DNA of 64,000 bases from Bacteroidia bacterium (GTDB taxonomy: Bacteria > Bacteroidota > Bacteroidia > UBA8524), in the NCBI GenBank assembly GCA_964215915.1, contig CAXPEB010000094.1, positions 535 to 64,534 on the forward strand, given 5' to 3'. Of this stretch, positions 54,449-64,000 are shown in pieces. The notes under the pieces were generated by a model that was not told the origin of the DNA, searched no databases, and saw only the letters and a list, made by a program, of their open reading frames with translations. The position numbers and the translations under genes were made by a program. Every line of letters starts with the position of its first letter. The first letter of the stretch is position 1.

Positions 54449-55666
54449 TTGAACAAAAAGAAAAACATCAATGACCCTTTGTACGGTTTCCTGGTGCTGC
54501 CGTACGAGTTTCTGTTCGACCTGATCGAACACCCCTATTTCCAGCGTCTCCGCCGCATCCGTCAACTTGGTATGAGCCACCTCGTTTTTCCCGGAGCCAA
54601 TCATACGCGTTTCCATCATGCCCTGGGTGCTCTGTACCTCATGAATGAAGCGATCAATACGCTTAGGGGCAAGGGGGTGGAGATTACGGATGAAGAGGCG
54701 GAAGGCGTGTGCATTGCCATTCTGCTGCATGATATCGGGCATGGTCCTTTCTCCCATACCCTGGAGCAGACCATCGTTAGCGGGGTCCATCATGAAGACA
54801 TTTCGCTGGCTATGATGCGGCAAATGAATACGGAGTTCAACGGGAGGCTGGAAACGGCCATTGCCATCTTTACCGATCAATACGACAAGCATTTTCTGCA
54901 TCAGCTGGTTTCCTCTCAGCTGGATATGGACCGCCTTGATTACCTGCGTCGCGACAGTTTCTACAGCGGTGTTTCGGAAGGGGTGGTTAGCTCGGACCGC
55001 ATCATCAAAATGCTCTATGTGGCCAACGATGAGCTGGTGGTGGAGGAAAAAGGCATCTATTCCATAGAAAAATTCATCATTGCCCGCAGGCTGATGTACT
55101 GGCAGGTATACCTCCACAAAACCGTGGTTGCCGCCGAAGAACTTCTGCTGAAAATTTTACAGCGGGCCAAGGAGCTTGCCCTGCAAGGGGAAGCGTTGTT
55201 CTGTACCCCAGCCTTTCGTTATTTCCTGTATGCGAAGGGGGAACAGACCGACTTCATACAAAATAAGGAACTGCTCGATCAGTTTGCCCTGCTGGACGAC
55301 AATGACATCATGAGTTCCATTAAGGTATGGATGAGTCATCCGGACCCGGTACTTAGCCAGCTCTGTTATAACCTCATCCATAGAAAACTGCCTAAAATAC
55401 AGGTGCAGAAAACCGCCTTCAGCAGGGAGCAGGTGAACGAACAGTTGCAAAAGGCCGCCAAAAAACTCGGGCTGGACGAAAAGGAGCTTCGCTATTTTGT
55501 GTATACCGGCAAACTGGAGAACAAGGCCTACGATGCCGAAAGCCGGGGCATCTCTCTGTTGATGAAGAACGGGGAGGTTGTAGACATTGCCGAAGCCTCC
55601 GACAATTACAACCTGAAAGCCCTGCGGGGCAGCGTGCTCAAGCACTTCCTTTGTTACTACAAATAG
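54449..55666 (+). CDS. HD-domain phosphohydrolase (dNTP triphosphohydrolase-like)
   Basis: INDPLYGFLVLP...HPYFQRLRRIRQLG...RFHHALGA...LLHDIGHGPFSH...DMDRLDYLRRDS. Confidence 0.8.
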   Translation: MNKKKNINDPLYGFLVLPYEFLFDLIEHPYFQRLRRIRQLGMSHLVFPGANHTRFHHALGALYLMNEAINTLRGKGVEITDEEAEGVCIAILLHDIGHGPFSHTLEQTIVSGVHHEDISLAMMRQMNTEFNGRLETAIAIFTDQYDKHFLHQLVSSQLDMDRLDYLRRDSFYSGVSEGVVSSDRIIKMLYVANDELVVEEKGIYSIEKFIIARRLMYWQVYLHKTVVAAEELLLKILQRAKELALQGEALFCTPAFRYFLYAKGEQTDFIQNKELLDQFALLDDNDIMSSIKVWMSHPDPVLSQLCYNLIHRKLPKIQVQKTAFSREQVNEQLQKAAKKLGLDEKELRYFVYTGKLENKAYDAESRGISLLMKNGEVVDIAEASDNYNLKALRGSVLKHFLCYYK

Positions 55667-55682
55667 CTAACTTGCAGCAAAT

Positions 55683-56750
55683 TTGACCATGCAGATAAGT
55701 GCCGCAGAATTGTGCCAGTTGCTGAACGGTGAACTTGAAGGCGATGCCTCCGTTTCCGTTAACAATGTGGCCAAGATCGAAGAAGCCCAAGGCAATGATC
55801 TGGCCTTCCTGGCCAATCCCAAATACGAGCAGTTCCTCTACGAAACAGGAGCCGGTATCGTGTTGGTGGGAAAAACGTTCAAACCGGAAAAGGAAGTCCG
55901 AACTACCCTCATCCGGGTAGACGATCCCTATGCTTCTTTTACCGCCATCCTTACCCAATATGTAGCCATCCTCAATCAGAAAGAAGGGGTGGAAGAGCCG
56001 CATTTTATCGGTGAAGATTCCTCATATGGAGAAGGGATTTACCTCGGCGCTTTTACATATATCGGCAACCAGGTGAAGATCGGGAAGAACGTAAAGATCT
56101 ATCCGGGCTGCTATATCGGCGACCGGGCGGAGATTGGCGACAATACAACGCTTTATGCCGGTGTGAAGATCTATAACCTGTGCAAGGTGGGTGGCAATTG
56201 TATCCTGCATGCCGGAGCCGTAATCGGTTCCGACGGCTTCGGGTTTGCGCCACAGGAAGACGGCAGCTATTCCAAAATCCCGCAAACGGGAAATGTGGTG
56301 ATTGAAGACGATGTAGAGATCGGGGCCAACACCACTATTGACCGGGCTACCATGGGCAGTACGGTAATCCGCCAGGGAGCCAAAATCGATAACCTGGTAC
56401 AGCTGGCCCACAATACGGAAATCGGTGCCCATACCGTAATCGCCGCACAAACCGGTATTGCAGGCAGTACCAAGCTGGGCCGCCGGAATGTGGTTGGCGG
56501 CCAGGTGGGATTCTCAGGCCATATTACCGTAGCCGACGGCTCCAAGTTCGGGGCTCAAAGCGGTATCCTCGGCACCATCAAAGAAGAGGGGAAAAGCTGG
56601 ATGGGCTCCCCGGCAACCGAATTCAAAGAGCATTTTAAATCGCAGGCAGTTTTCCGAAATTTGCCTGCGCTGGACAAACGGGTACACGAGCTGAGCCGTG
56701 AACTCGAATCCATAAAAGCATTACTGGATAAAAAAGACACGGAATCGTGA
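55683..56750 (+). CDS. lpxD: UDP-3-O-acylglucosamine N-acyltransferase
   Basis: Hexapeptide-repeat LbH domain following the LpxD N-terminal domain ([17 protein letters not shown]...[17 protein letters not shown]). The start may be ATG 55689. Confidence 0.92.
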   Translation: MTMQISAAELCQLLNGELEGDASVSVNNVAKIEEAQGNDLAFLANPKYEQFLYETGAGIVLVGKTFKPEKEVRTTLIRVDDPYASFTAILTQYVAILNQKEGVEEPHFIGEDSSYGEGIYLGAFTYIGNQVKIGKNVKIYPGCYIGDRAEIGDNTTLYAGVKIYNLCKVGGNCILHAGAVIGSDGFGFAPQEDGSYSKIPQTGNVVIEDDVEIGANTTIDRATMGSTVIRQGAKIDNLVQLAHNTEIGAHTVIAAQTGIAGSTKLGRRNVVGGQVGFSGHITVADGSKFGAQSGILGTIKEEGKSWMGSPATEFKEHFKSQAVFRNLPALDKRVHELSRELESIKALLDKKDTES

Positions 56751-58180
56751 AACAGACAACATTAAAGGAGGCGCTGGAGTTTAAGGGAGTTGGGCTTCAT
56801 ACCGGTCAGGAGACGGTAATGAAAGTTCTTCCCGCGCCGGAGAATCACGGATATAAGTTCCAGCGGATCGACCTGGAAAATGAACCCCTCATTGAGGCCG
56901 ACTGCGACCTTGTGGTGGATACTTCCAGGGGCACCACCCTCGAAAAAAACGGAGCCCGTGTGTACACGGTAGAGCATATCCTGGCGGCCCTGGCCGGCAT
57001 GGAAATCGACAATGCCCTGATACAGCTCACCGGACCGGAAATCCCTATTCTTGACGGCAGCGCGCAGACTTTTGTAAAAGAGATTTTGCGTGTGGGTACC
57101 GTAGAGCAGGAATCCGAACGCGAATACTTCAGCGTACCCCAGAATATCGTCTACCAGGAAGCCGAACGTGGGGTGGAGATGATTGCCATGCCTCTTGACG
57201 ACTACCGCCTGACGGTAATGGTAGATTATAACTCACCCGTGCTGGGAAGCCAGCATGCTTCGGTGACCAGCCTCAAAGAATTCCGCGACGAGGTAGCCGC
57301 CAGCCGTACTTTCTGCTTCCTGCACGAACTGGAGATGCTGCTGCAACAGAACCTCATCAAGGGAGGCGACCTGAGCAACGCCATCGTGATCGTAGACCGC
57401 CAGGTGGAAAAGAACGAGTTGCAGCACCTTGCCGACCTCTTCAACCAGCCTTCCGTGGAAGTGCGTAAAGAGGGTATACTGAATAATGTGGAACTGCGTT
57501 TCCAGAATGAGCCCGCCAGGCATAAGTTGCTTGACCTTATCGGCGACCTCGCCCTGGTGGGGATGCCTATCAAGGCGCAGGTAATGGCTGCAAGGCCCGG
57601 ACATGCCGCCAATGTGGAATTTGCCAAAAAGATAAAAGCCATCATCAAAAAGAGAAAAGCCAAGGCCAATGTGCCCGGCTACGACCCGAATAAAAAGCCG
57701 GTGCTGGACCACAACGACATCGCCCAGCTGCTGCCTCATAAATTCCCCTTCCTGCTGGTGGACAAGGTGGTGGAACTTAGCTCCACGCATGTGGTAGCGG
57801 TAAAAAACATCTCCGGCGACCAATATTTCTTCCCGGGGCACTTCCCCAACAACCCCATTATGCCCGGGGTACTGATGGTGGAAGCGATGGCCCAGGCCGG
57901 TGGCGTGCTGGTACTCAGCGATGTGCCCGACCCGGAGAATTACAGCACTTATTTTATGAAGATCGACAATGTGCGCTTCAAAGACAAAGTGGTACCGGGC
58001 GATACCCTGGTGATCCGCATGGACCTTACCGCACCCATACGTCGCGGCGTATGCCAGATGAAAGGCTCCGGATTCGTGGGCGACAAACTGGTGATCGAAG
58101 CCGAACTGATGGCACAGGTAATCCGCGACAAAGCCCCTGCAGAACCCTCACAATCTTCCGCAACCACTCATTCTCACTAA
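56747..58180 (+). CDS. lpxC/fabZ: bifunctional UDP-3-O-acyl-GlcNAc deacetylase / 3-hydroxyacyl-ACP dehydratase
   Basis: The LpxC part reads [16 protein letters not shown]...TVEHILAAL...[12 protein letters not shown]. The FabZ part reads [14 protein letters not shown]...[23 protein letters not shown]. This fusion is typical of Bacteroidota. Confidence 0.95.
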   Translation: MKQTTLKEALEFKGVGLHTGQETVMKVLPAPENHGYKFQRIDLENEPLIEADCDLVVDTSRGTTLEKNGARVYTVEHILAALAGMEIDNALIQLTGPEIPILDGSAQTFVKEILRVGTVEQESEREYFSVPQNIVYQEAERGVEMIAMPLDDYRLTVMVDYNSPVLGSQHASVTSLKEFRDEVAASRTFCFLHELEMLLQQNLIKGGDLSNAIVIVDRQVEKNELQHLADLFNQPSVEVRKEGILNNVELRFQNEPARHKLLDLIGDLALVGMPIKAQVMAARPGHAANVEFAKKIKAIIKKRKAKANVPGYDPNKKPVLDHNDIAQLLPHKFPFLLVDKVVELSSTHVVAVKNISGDQYFFPGHFPNNPIMPGVLMVEAMAQAGGVLVLSDVPDPENYSTYFMKIDNVRFKDKVVPGDTLVIRMDLTAPIRRGVCQMKGSGFVGDKLVIEAELMAQVIRDKAPAEPSQSSATTHSH

Positions 58181-58189
58181 ACCAAACCA

Positions 58190-58981
58190 ATGATACAACC
58201 CCTTTCTTACGTCGATCCTCAGGCCAAGATTGCCGACAACGTGGTGATCGAACCCTTCGTGACCATCCACAAGAATGTGGAGATCGGCGAAGGCACCTGG
58301 ATCGGATCGAATGTGACCATTTTCGAAGGTGCCCGTATCGGGAAGAATTGCAAGATATTCCCGGGAGCGGTCATCTCTGCCATTCCGCAGGACCTGAAAT
58401 ACAAAGGGGAAGACAGTACCCTCCACATTGGCGACAATTCGGTGATCCGCGAATGTGTTACCCTCAACAAGGGCACGGCACTGGACAAGAACAAAACGGT
58501 GATCGGTGCCAACTGCCTGATCATGGCTTATGTGCATGTTGGCCATGACTGCATCATCGGCGATAACGTGATCATTGCCAACTCCGTGCAGCTGGCAGGG
58601 CATATTGAGGTGCAGGATTATGTGTATATCGCCGGAACCACGGCCGTGCATCAGTTTGTGAAGATCGGTGCTCATAGTATGGTGGCCGGTGGCTCCCTGG
58701 TAAGAAAGGATGTGCCTCCTTTTACCAAGGCGGGCAGGGAACCGCTCGCTTACGAGGGGGTGAACTCCATAGGGCTCCGTCGCCGGGGTTATTCTACCGA
58801 GAAGATCGCAGAGATCCAGGAGATTTACCGTATTCTCTACCTGCGCGGACATAATAACTCCAAAGCAATGGGCATCATTGAAAAGGAAATGGCTGCCACC
58901 AAGGAAAGGGACGAGATCCTGAGCTTTATCCGCGAATCCGACCGCGGTGTGATGAAAGGCTATATCTCACGGAGGGACTGA
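58190..58981 (+). CDS. lpxA: acyl-ACP:UDP-GlcNAc O-acyltransferase
   Basis: Hexapeptide repeats with ...MAYVHVGHDCIIGDNVIIAN...GLRRRGYS... Confidence 0.95.
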   Translation: MIQPLSYVDPQAKIADNVVIEPFVTIHKNVEIGEGTWIGSNVTIFEGARIGKNCKIFPGAVISAIPQDLKYKGEDSTLHIGDNSVIRECVTLNKGTALDKNKTVIGANCLIMAYVHVGHDCIIGDNVIIANSVQLAGHIEVQDYVYIAGTTAVHQFVKIGAHSMVAGGSLVRKDVPPFTKAGREPLAYEGVNSIGLRRRGYSTEKIAEIQEIYRILYLRGHNNSKAMGIIEKEMAATKERDEILSFIRESDRGVMKGYISRRD

Positions 58982-58982
58982 G

Positions 58983-59612
58983 ATGGCCGTATCCTTCGCC
59001 ATTCAAACGGAGGATGCCGGAAAAAAATTCGGCCGCGACTGGATCTTCCGGAAGGTTAACGAGCGCTACGAAGCCGGCGAAAAGGTGGCCATCCTGGGCC
59101 ATAACGGGTCCGGTAAAAGCACCTACCTCATGAGTCTGAGCGGCTTTTACGCCCTCTCTGCCGGTAAGGTTTTTTTTGAAATGGATGGACAGCGTATCGA
59201 TGGACTGGAATGGTACCGCCATTATGCACTTATCTCTCCCCTGCTGGAACTCCCCGAAGACCTGACTGTCGACGAATTTCTAAAAGCCCATTTCGAACTG
59301 AAGCAGAAAAAATCCGGCTGGGATACGGAGCGTATGTACGCAGAAACAGGTCTGGAAGCAGCCCGAAACAAATTCCTGAAGCAGTTGTCATCGGGCATGA
59401 AACAACGCCTGAAATTGCTGGCTGCCTTTGTCCCGGATGTGCCGGTGATTTTCCTGGACGAGCCCTGCACCAACCTGGATGAAAAAGGGGTAGCCCTTTA
59501 CCGTCGCCTGCTCGATTCCTGCACGGATCAGCTTGTGCTGGTTGCCTCCAATATGAGGGTGGAGTACGAAACCTGCGAACGCACGCTGGAGATCGGGGAA
59601 TTGCGAGGGTAA
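58983..59612 (+). CDS. ABC transporter ATP-binding protein (stand-alone, 209 aa)
   Basis: Walker A GHNGSGKST, signature LSSGMKQR and Walker B VIFLDEP. Confidence 0.8.
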   Translation: MAVSFAIQTEDAGKKFGRDWIFRKVNERYEAGEKVAILGHNGSGKSTYLMSLSGFYALSAGKVFFEMDGQRIDGLEWYRHYALISPLLELPEDLTVDEFLKAHFELKQKKSGWDTERMYAETGLEAARNKFLKQLSSGMKQRLKLLAAFVPDVPVIFLDEPCTNLDEKGVALYRRLLDSCTDQLVLVASNMRVEYETCERTLEIGELRG

Positions 59613-59746
59613 GCTACTTCGGGAATTTTGGGGCCGACATCATGGTCATTGTACGGATGTCCGGCTCTTTTGCAAGCATCCGGGATGCCCTTGAAGCCCT
59701 CTAGTAAAGAAATACGTTCCCTGTATCCAGGGAAACAACCTTTCCA

Positions 59747-60871
59747 TCATCCTAACCCTTCCAACAGCATAAAACAAAGCTGATCCAGCTGGTTTGACTT
59801 TGGGTGAAAGGAAGAGACATTCGACAGGATGATAACCCCATTCTTTTTGGCTGTGTTTAATGTCATGGAAGAGGTATAGCCACCGGTTCCCCCGTTGTGC
59901 CAGGTCCAGGTGCTGCCATCGGGGCGGTGGATGAGGTGCCAGCCCAGGCCCGCTTCCATCCTTGCATTGATCTTAAAAGTGGGTTTCATACATAACTGCA
60001 AAGCCGCCTGCTGTCCGTCAAAATGGGCAAGGGCAAAACGCGACAAGTCCGATACGGTTGACAACAGTCCGCCTGCCCCAACCAGCACATTCAGGTCCCA
60101 GTTAGGCGTTTCTTTTCCTTTGGCATCCCGGCCTTTCACCAATTTACCCTTTACCAGATCCATTCGGGTGGTGCTGTTCACCATACCATAACGCGACAGG
60201 ATATGTTGTTGTAGCAGTATTTCATAGCTGCTGTCGGCACGCAGGCTAAGCGCGTAACCGAGGGTGCCTGTACCTGTGTTGGAATAGGCATAGGCAGTAC
60301 CAGGAGGATTATCCAGCTTAAGTTTTTCCGAGAGATAGGTTTTCAGCTTCCCGCTGTCGTAGTCCTTGTAGGGGTTGGACGGGTCCACCCTAAGCAGGTG
60401 CAGGTTGGATGGAAGACGTGGAATTCCGGAGCTGTGGTTGGCCAGTTGCTGCAGGGTGATTATTTCTTCCGTATGGAGGGGATAGGGAAGCAGGTCCTTC
60501 AGCGGGGTATTGAGTTCCAGGCTCCCGGAGGTCACATAATCGGCCAATAACGCAGCTGTAAACACCTTGGTCAGAGAACCGATCTCAAACACGGATTCCC
60601 TGTTATCCGTACTCCGCAGGCTGTCCTTTTCCCGGATCACTCCATAAAAAGAAACCTGTCCATCCCGGATAATCGCAAAGGACAATTCGGTGTACTCCGG
60701 GTATTCCTTCACGGTTTCCCAGATGGCCTGCTGCATCTCGTCAGTAACAGCAGGATTTTCCTGTTGAACATTTAAAGCAGGACGCACATTGCTGCGGTTG
60801 CAGGAAAAAGTAAGGAGCAATACCCCGCAAGCAAGTGCAGCAACACGAAAATGGAGTTGAAAACGGAACAT
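59747..60871 (-). CDS. serine hydrolase, beta-lactamase/PBP4-like family
   Basis: Signal peptide plus FEIGSLTKVF (SxxK), YSNTG (YxN) and HNGGTGG. Confidence 0.8.
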   Translation of the reverse strand: MFRFQLHFRVAALACGVLLLTFSCNRSNVRPALNVQQENPAVTDEMQQAIWETVKEYPEYTELSFAIIRDGQVSFYGVIREKDSLRSTDNRESVFEIGSLTKVFTAALLADYVTSGSLELNTPLKDLLPYPLHTEEIITLQQLANHSSGIPRLPSNLHLLRVDPSNPYKDYDSGKLKTYLSEKLKLDNPPGTAYAYSNTGTGTLGYALSLRADSSYEILLQQHILSRYGMVNSTTRMDLVKGKLVKGRDAKGKETPNWDLNVLVGAGGLLSTVSDLSRFALAHFDGQQAALQLCMKPTFKINARMEAGLGWHLIHRPDGSTWTWHNGGTGGYTSSMTLNTAKKNGVIILSNVSSFHPKSNQLDQLCFMLLEGLG

Positions 60872-61032
60872 GGAAAAAGGCGCTTGGTTTACCCGAAGCT
60901 AGGAGGTTCGGAGGGGATGACCGACTCGCTTTAGAGGAAGGAGGGATTATTTCGGATCAGAGACACCGACTGATCATTCTCAGCCGTTTACCTGCTGATC
61001 TTTCTATTCAACTCCCGTACCTGATGCGACCT

Positions 61033-61878
61033 CTAGTACTTCCTCATCTCAATCTTCTTCACGATCCATTTGGAGAACCAGTTTTCCGGCTCGGTGCCAA
61101 TGAGATAGGCCTGTTCGATAAAAACCACATAAGCCTCACGGTCAGAGGTGGAGATAAGGTAGCTCTCCTTCGATTTCACGTCGCGGTTCACATAAAAGGA
61201 ATCGATGCTGAACTTTCCTCCTGATACCTTTACCTCAAAGGGCAGATGAACGTCGGGAAGGTTCGCCGTGGTGGTTTTCCCCGGTTTTCCCGGATATAAC
61301 ATAAACACCTGCATGTCATCGTCATCGGCAATTTTTACCCTTGAAAAGAGATAGGGGGAACGAATATTCCGCAAATCAATATACCCGATGGTATCCTTCG
61401 GGTTGCCCTTCAGTTCCAGCGTATAACGGGTACGGTTCAATGCGGTTAGCTGGTACTCATGCTTTTTCCTGAACTCGGTATAGGTATGATCGGCAGGATC
61501 GGGAAAGACCGCTGTATCATGTCCTGCAGTGACCCAAACGGGTTTAATCTTGCCCGTTTCCAGGCTGATCGGGATCCAGTCCTTGTCAGGGTTAATTTCC
61601 ACCGGTGCCGCTTCCACACCCGGCACGAAGATCACAGACTTCAGGAAGTACATGAACCCGATCAGGACGGCCGCAGCCCCTCCGAATTTCATGGCACCAA
61701 GCTGGAAGGTATTCTCCTGGCCAATGCCTCCGAGGAACTGGTACAGGATACTGGCGATGGCCAGTGAAAAAAGTATCAGGCTCAGGTCCTTTTTATCCAT
61801 CAGAAAAAAGACCACGCCACAGATCAGTCCGGTTGCAGCCAGACAAATATTGGCAATAACCTCAGTTTTTTTGTTCAT
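61033..61878 (-). CDS. hypothetical membrane protein (3 N-terminal TM segments plus ~190-aa extracytoplasmic domain)
   Basis: Start placed at MNKKTEVIANICLAATGLICGVVFFL. I recognise no domain. Confidence 0.45.
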   Translation of the reverse strand: MNKKTEVIANICLAATGLICGVVFFLMDKKDLSLILFSLAIASILYQFLGGIGQENTFQLGAMKFGGAAAVLIGFMYFLKSVIFVPGVEAAPVEINPDKDWIPISLETGKIKPVWVTAGHDTAVFPDPADHTYTEFRKKHEYQLTALNRTRYTLELKGNPKDTIGYIDLRNIRSPYLFSRVKIADDDDMQVFMLYPGKPGKTTTANLPDVHLPFEVKVSGGKFSIDSFYVNRDVKSKESYLISTSDREAYVVFIEQAYLIGTEPENWFSKWIVKKIEMRKY

Positions 61879-61944
61879 GGTTCGGGGGTTACTTACCGGT
61901 AAAAGTAGTGAAACCCCGAGGATTATCGCCAACGGATCACCTCA

Positions 61945-62409
61945 TCAGGAACCCGAAGTTGCCGCTTCACTCAGGGATTTCAGGCTTTTCAGAGCCTTGT
62001 CCCACATCCCGGTGAACATCTCCAGATAAGTCGGATCAGATTGCATTTCGATACGCAGCCGGGTACCCCCTTCGATATCTTCAAAATAATAGTTTTCGAA
62101 AGCAGGAGTCCACTTTTTTACTTCTTCACTTTCCGTATCCACTTTACCGTCGGCAACCAGTCCGAGATGCTCAATGGAGATCATCTCGTGAAGTCTGTTC
62201 GTATGGATACGGCTGTACATGCCCCCCATTTTCCCCTCTTCATCCGGGCCCAGGAAATAAATCTCACTGCCTTGTTCCCAACTGCCTTTGAAGTGTGATC
62301 CCTCATGGAAGGGTACAGTCCACTGACGGTAGGTAGCGTCGTTGAGCATAGTCTCCCAGACCTGCTTACGCGGAGCGGCTATATCAATATGTAAATTCAG
62401 GGTTTCCAT
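61945..62409 (-). CDS. SRPBCC-superfamily protein (AHSA1/START-like)
   Basis: LNLHIDIAAPRKQVWETMLNDATYRQWT is the typical AHSA1-family N-terminus. The protein is 154 aa. Confidence 0.7.
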   Translation of the reverse strand: METLNLHIDIAAPRKQVWETMLNDATYRQWTVPFHEGSHFKGSWEQGSEIYFLGPDEEGKMGGMYSRIHTNRLHEMISIEHLGLVADGKVDTESEEVKKWTPAFENYYFEDIEGGTRLRIEMQSDPTYLEMFTGMWDKALKSLKSLSEAATSGS

Positions 62410-62525
62410 AATTGCTTGTTTTCTTTCAAAGATGGAACATTCCCTGATGCCCTCAAGGGGGTGATTGCGACATGTACGCGGGGGAAATTATCAAAAGGGT
62501 ACAAGGGTCAGAAACAACTGTTTCC

Positions 62526-64000
62526 TTACTTGATAATGGTGGTCCCGGTAAGCTGGGTGAGTTGCTTACGGATACTCAGCAAATGCAGTTGTTTTTGCAA
62601 AAGCACGTTGGTGGCTTCTTCGTCCTCAGCTTCTTTCAGGGCATCCTGGTTTTTTTCGATAAGGGTCTCCACCTTACGGATCTTGTAGTGCAGGATGGCA
62701 CTGTGCAGGTCGCGTTTGTAGTTGTCGGGCTCATGTACCAACGGAATTTCATGCACTTCCAGCCAGCGGTCGCTTGCCCGGTATTTGCTCTGCAGGGCAT
62801 CGGCAGCCAGCTGGTTTACCTCCGGGTCCGGGTGATGCACGAAATGCAGCGTGCTTACCTCTTCCCCCTTTTCCAAAACCTCCCGGAACTCATTGAGGAT
62901 CCGGGCATACAGGGGATGAGAAAACTCAAAGCCGTTGCTGATCTCATCCAGGATGAATCTACCGGAGTTACGGCCTTCGTCGTATTCCTGGGCAGCATAG
63001 CGAATGAGTAGCATCACAATCTGCCTTTCCTGGAGTTGGGTATCCGTATGTTTGCTGAGCGGAACCTCTTCGGGTGGGGCAATTTCCCGGGCTATCTCTT
63101 CCGCTTCCTGTGCCTTCCTGGCTTCATTTCCGACCTCTTTCCTGCGGGCTTTACCCAACTCCGCCACAATCACTTCTTCCGGCACCTCCATGATGCGGGC
63201 GCATTCCTGGGCAAAGACTGTCCGGGTAACCGGATCGGGAATCAGGGCGATACTGGCAACAATACTCCGGATAGCTTCTGCCTTTTTCAACGGGTCGTTG
63301 CCACTTTCTCCAACCAGCAGCTGCGACTTGAACAGGATAAAGTCCTGCTCGTGTTCCCCAATGTATTCTTCAAACGCCTGTCCGCCGACCTGTTTGCAGT
63401 ATGAATCCGGGTCTTCTCCATTCGGAAAGATCACCAGGCGCACATTCATGCCTTGCTGAAGGATCAGATCAATCCCCCTTTGCGAGGCTTTTAGTCCGGC
63501 AGGATCACCATCATAAAGCACGGTGATATTGGGTGTGAAGCGGCGTATTTGCCGGATTTGTCCTTCCGTTAGGGAGGTGCCCGAGCTGGCTACCACATTC
63601 TCAATACCCGACTGGTTCAGGGTGATCACATCCGTATACCCTTCCACCAGGTAGCATTTCTCCTTTACGCGGATTGCATTCTTGGCGAAATACATCCCAT
63701 AGAGCACGTCGCTCTTATGGTATACGGGGGTTTCCGGAGAGTTGAGGTATTTAGGTCCCTTGTCTTCTTTGCTTAGTTGCCGGCCGGCAAAAGCCACCAC
63801 CCTGCCGCTCAGGTTATGAATGGGAAAGATCACCCGGTTACGGAACATGTCGTAGCGTCTTCCGGCTTCGTTGACCTTGCTGAGACCCGCTGTTTCCAGG
63901 TACTCGGCTTTATAACCCTTTTTCAGAGCTTCGGTGCTGAACGTATCCCAGTTGTGGGGGGCAAAGCCCAGCCCGAACTTCTCCAGGGTTTCCTCATGGA
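62526..64000 (-). CDS. dnaG: DNA primase, partial; N-terminal zinc-finger region lies beyond the window end
   Basis: The track ORF starts at an internal Met (63848). My translation of 63849..63998 continues in frame (HEETLEKFGLGFAPHNWDTFSTEALKKGYKAEYLETAGLSKVNEAGRRYD). Downstream are FRNRVIFPI, the TOPRIM block LVEGYTDVI...YDGDPAG, and a C-terminal helical domain. Confidence 0.9.
   Translation of the reverse strand, partial: HEETLEKFGLGFAPHNWDTFSTEALKKGYKAEYLETAGLSKVNEAGRRYDMFRNRVIFPIHNLSGRVVAFAGRQLSKEDKGPKYLNSPETPVYHKSDVLYGMYFAKNAIRVKEKCYLVEGYTDVITLNQSGIENVVASSGTSLTEGQIRQIRRFTPNITVLYDGDPAGLKASQRGIDLILQQGMNVRLVIFPNGEDPDSYCKQVGGQAFEEYIGEHEQDFILFKSQLLVGESGNDPLKKAEAIRSIVASIALIPDPVTRTVFAQECARIMEVPEEVIVAELGKARRKEVGNEARKAQEAEEIAREIAPPEEVPLSKHTDTQLQERQIVMLLIRYAAQEYDEGRNSGRFILDEISNGFEFSHPLYARILNEFREVLEKGEEVSTLHFVHHPDPEVNQLAADALQSKYRASDRWLEVHEIPLVHEPDNYKRDLHSAILHYKIRKVETLIEKNQDALKEAEDEEATNVLLQKQLHLLSIRKQLTQLTGTTIIK

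Noticed and set aside
54425-55117. 230-aa minus-strand ORF
   Set aside because: It is antisense to the HD-domain gene, which has HD and DxxRxDxxxRD motifs. I read it as a mirror-frame artefact.
54449-55666. HD-domain dNTPase-like gene considered as an anti-phage dNTP-depletion effector
   Set aside because: It is a single gene in a housekeeping context, immediately upstream of lpxD-lpxC/fabZ-lpxA. No partner genes or mobile-element signatures are nearby.
58148-58852. 234-aa minus-strand ORF across lpxA, with similar ones across lpxD at 56022-56545
   Set aside because: Hexapeptide-repeat genes typically leave long open antisense frames. The sense genes are unambiguous.
1-64000. Window-wide look for CRISPR arrays, rRNA/tRNA genes, IS elements, integrases, phage or conjugation modules, and toxin-antitoxin pairs
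   Set aside because: I found no direct-repeat/spacer periodicity, no rRNA or tRNA signatures, no transposase or recombinase motifs, and no small two-gene toxin-antitoxin-like cassettes. The segment appears to be core chromosome.

Overview
This 64-kb window is a gene-dense chromosomal segment with about 75 CDS. It is mostly housekeeping and comes from a Bacteroidota genome. Four things support that lineage: a fused lpxC/fabZ gene inside an lpxD-lpxC/fabZ-lpxA cluster, several proteins ending in type IX secretion (T9SS) C-terminal sorting domains, a PorX-type response regulator with a PglZ domain, and repeated TAnnTTTG -7 promoter boxes.

Recognisable core genes:
- Translation and RNA: rplM-rpsI-rpsB-tsf, rluD, def, ruvX, rbfA, pth, tsaE, and dnaG (runs off the right edge).
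- Metabolism: ald, ridA, gmd-fcl, fabG, menF plus a hotdog thioesterase, and an acyl-CoA dehydrogenase.
- Envelope: ppiD and the lipid A genes.

Two edge-truncated genes are missing from the ORF track and come from my own translation: a secreted lipase-like hydrolase at 1..1624 (-) and the upstream part of dnaG at 63849..64000 (-).

I found no rRNA, tRNA, CRISPR array, transposase, integrase, phage module or recognisable defence island, and I cannot point to a clear-cut novel system. The less ordinary content relates to T9SS and the cell envelope:
- A three-gene T9SS cargo cluster (30391..37148) that includes a 1536-aa adhesin-like protein with eight tandem ~80-aa Cys-containing repeats.
- An orphan histidine kinase packed tightly with two secreted TonB-C-only paralogs (27550..29607).
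- An orphan PorX-like regulator (52755..54308).
- An ECF sigma factor translationally coupled to a single-pass membrane protein whose C-terminus looks like an outer-membrane beta-barrel (22251..24294).

Smaller observations:
- Five exact -7 promoter boxes abut start codons, which suggests leaderless mRNAs.
- Three enzyme paralogs appear to have lost their catalytic or ligand residues.
- Two divergent genes have overlapping start codons.
- A 330-nt region contains no ORF.

All functional calls rest on motif recognition by eye. No database search was run.
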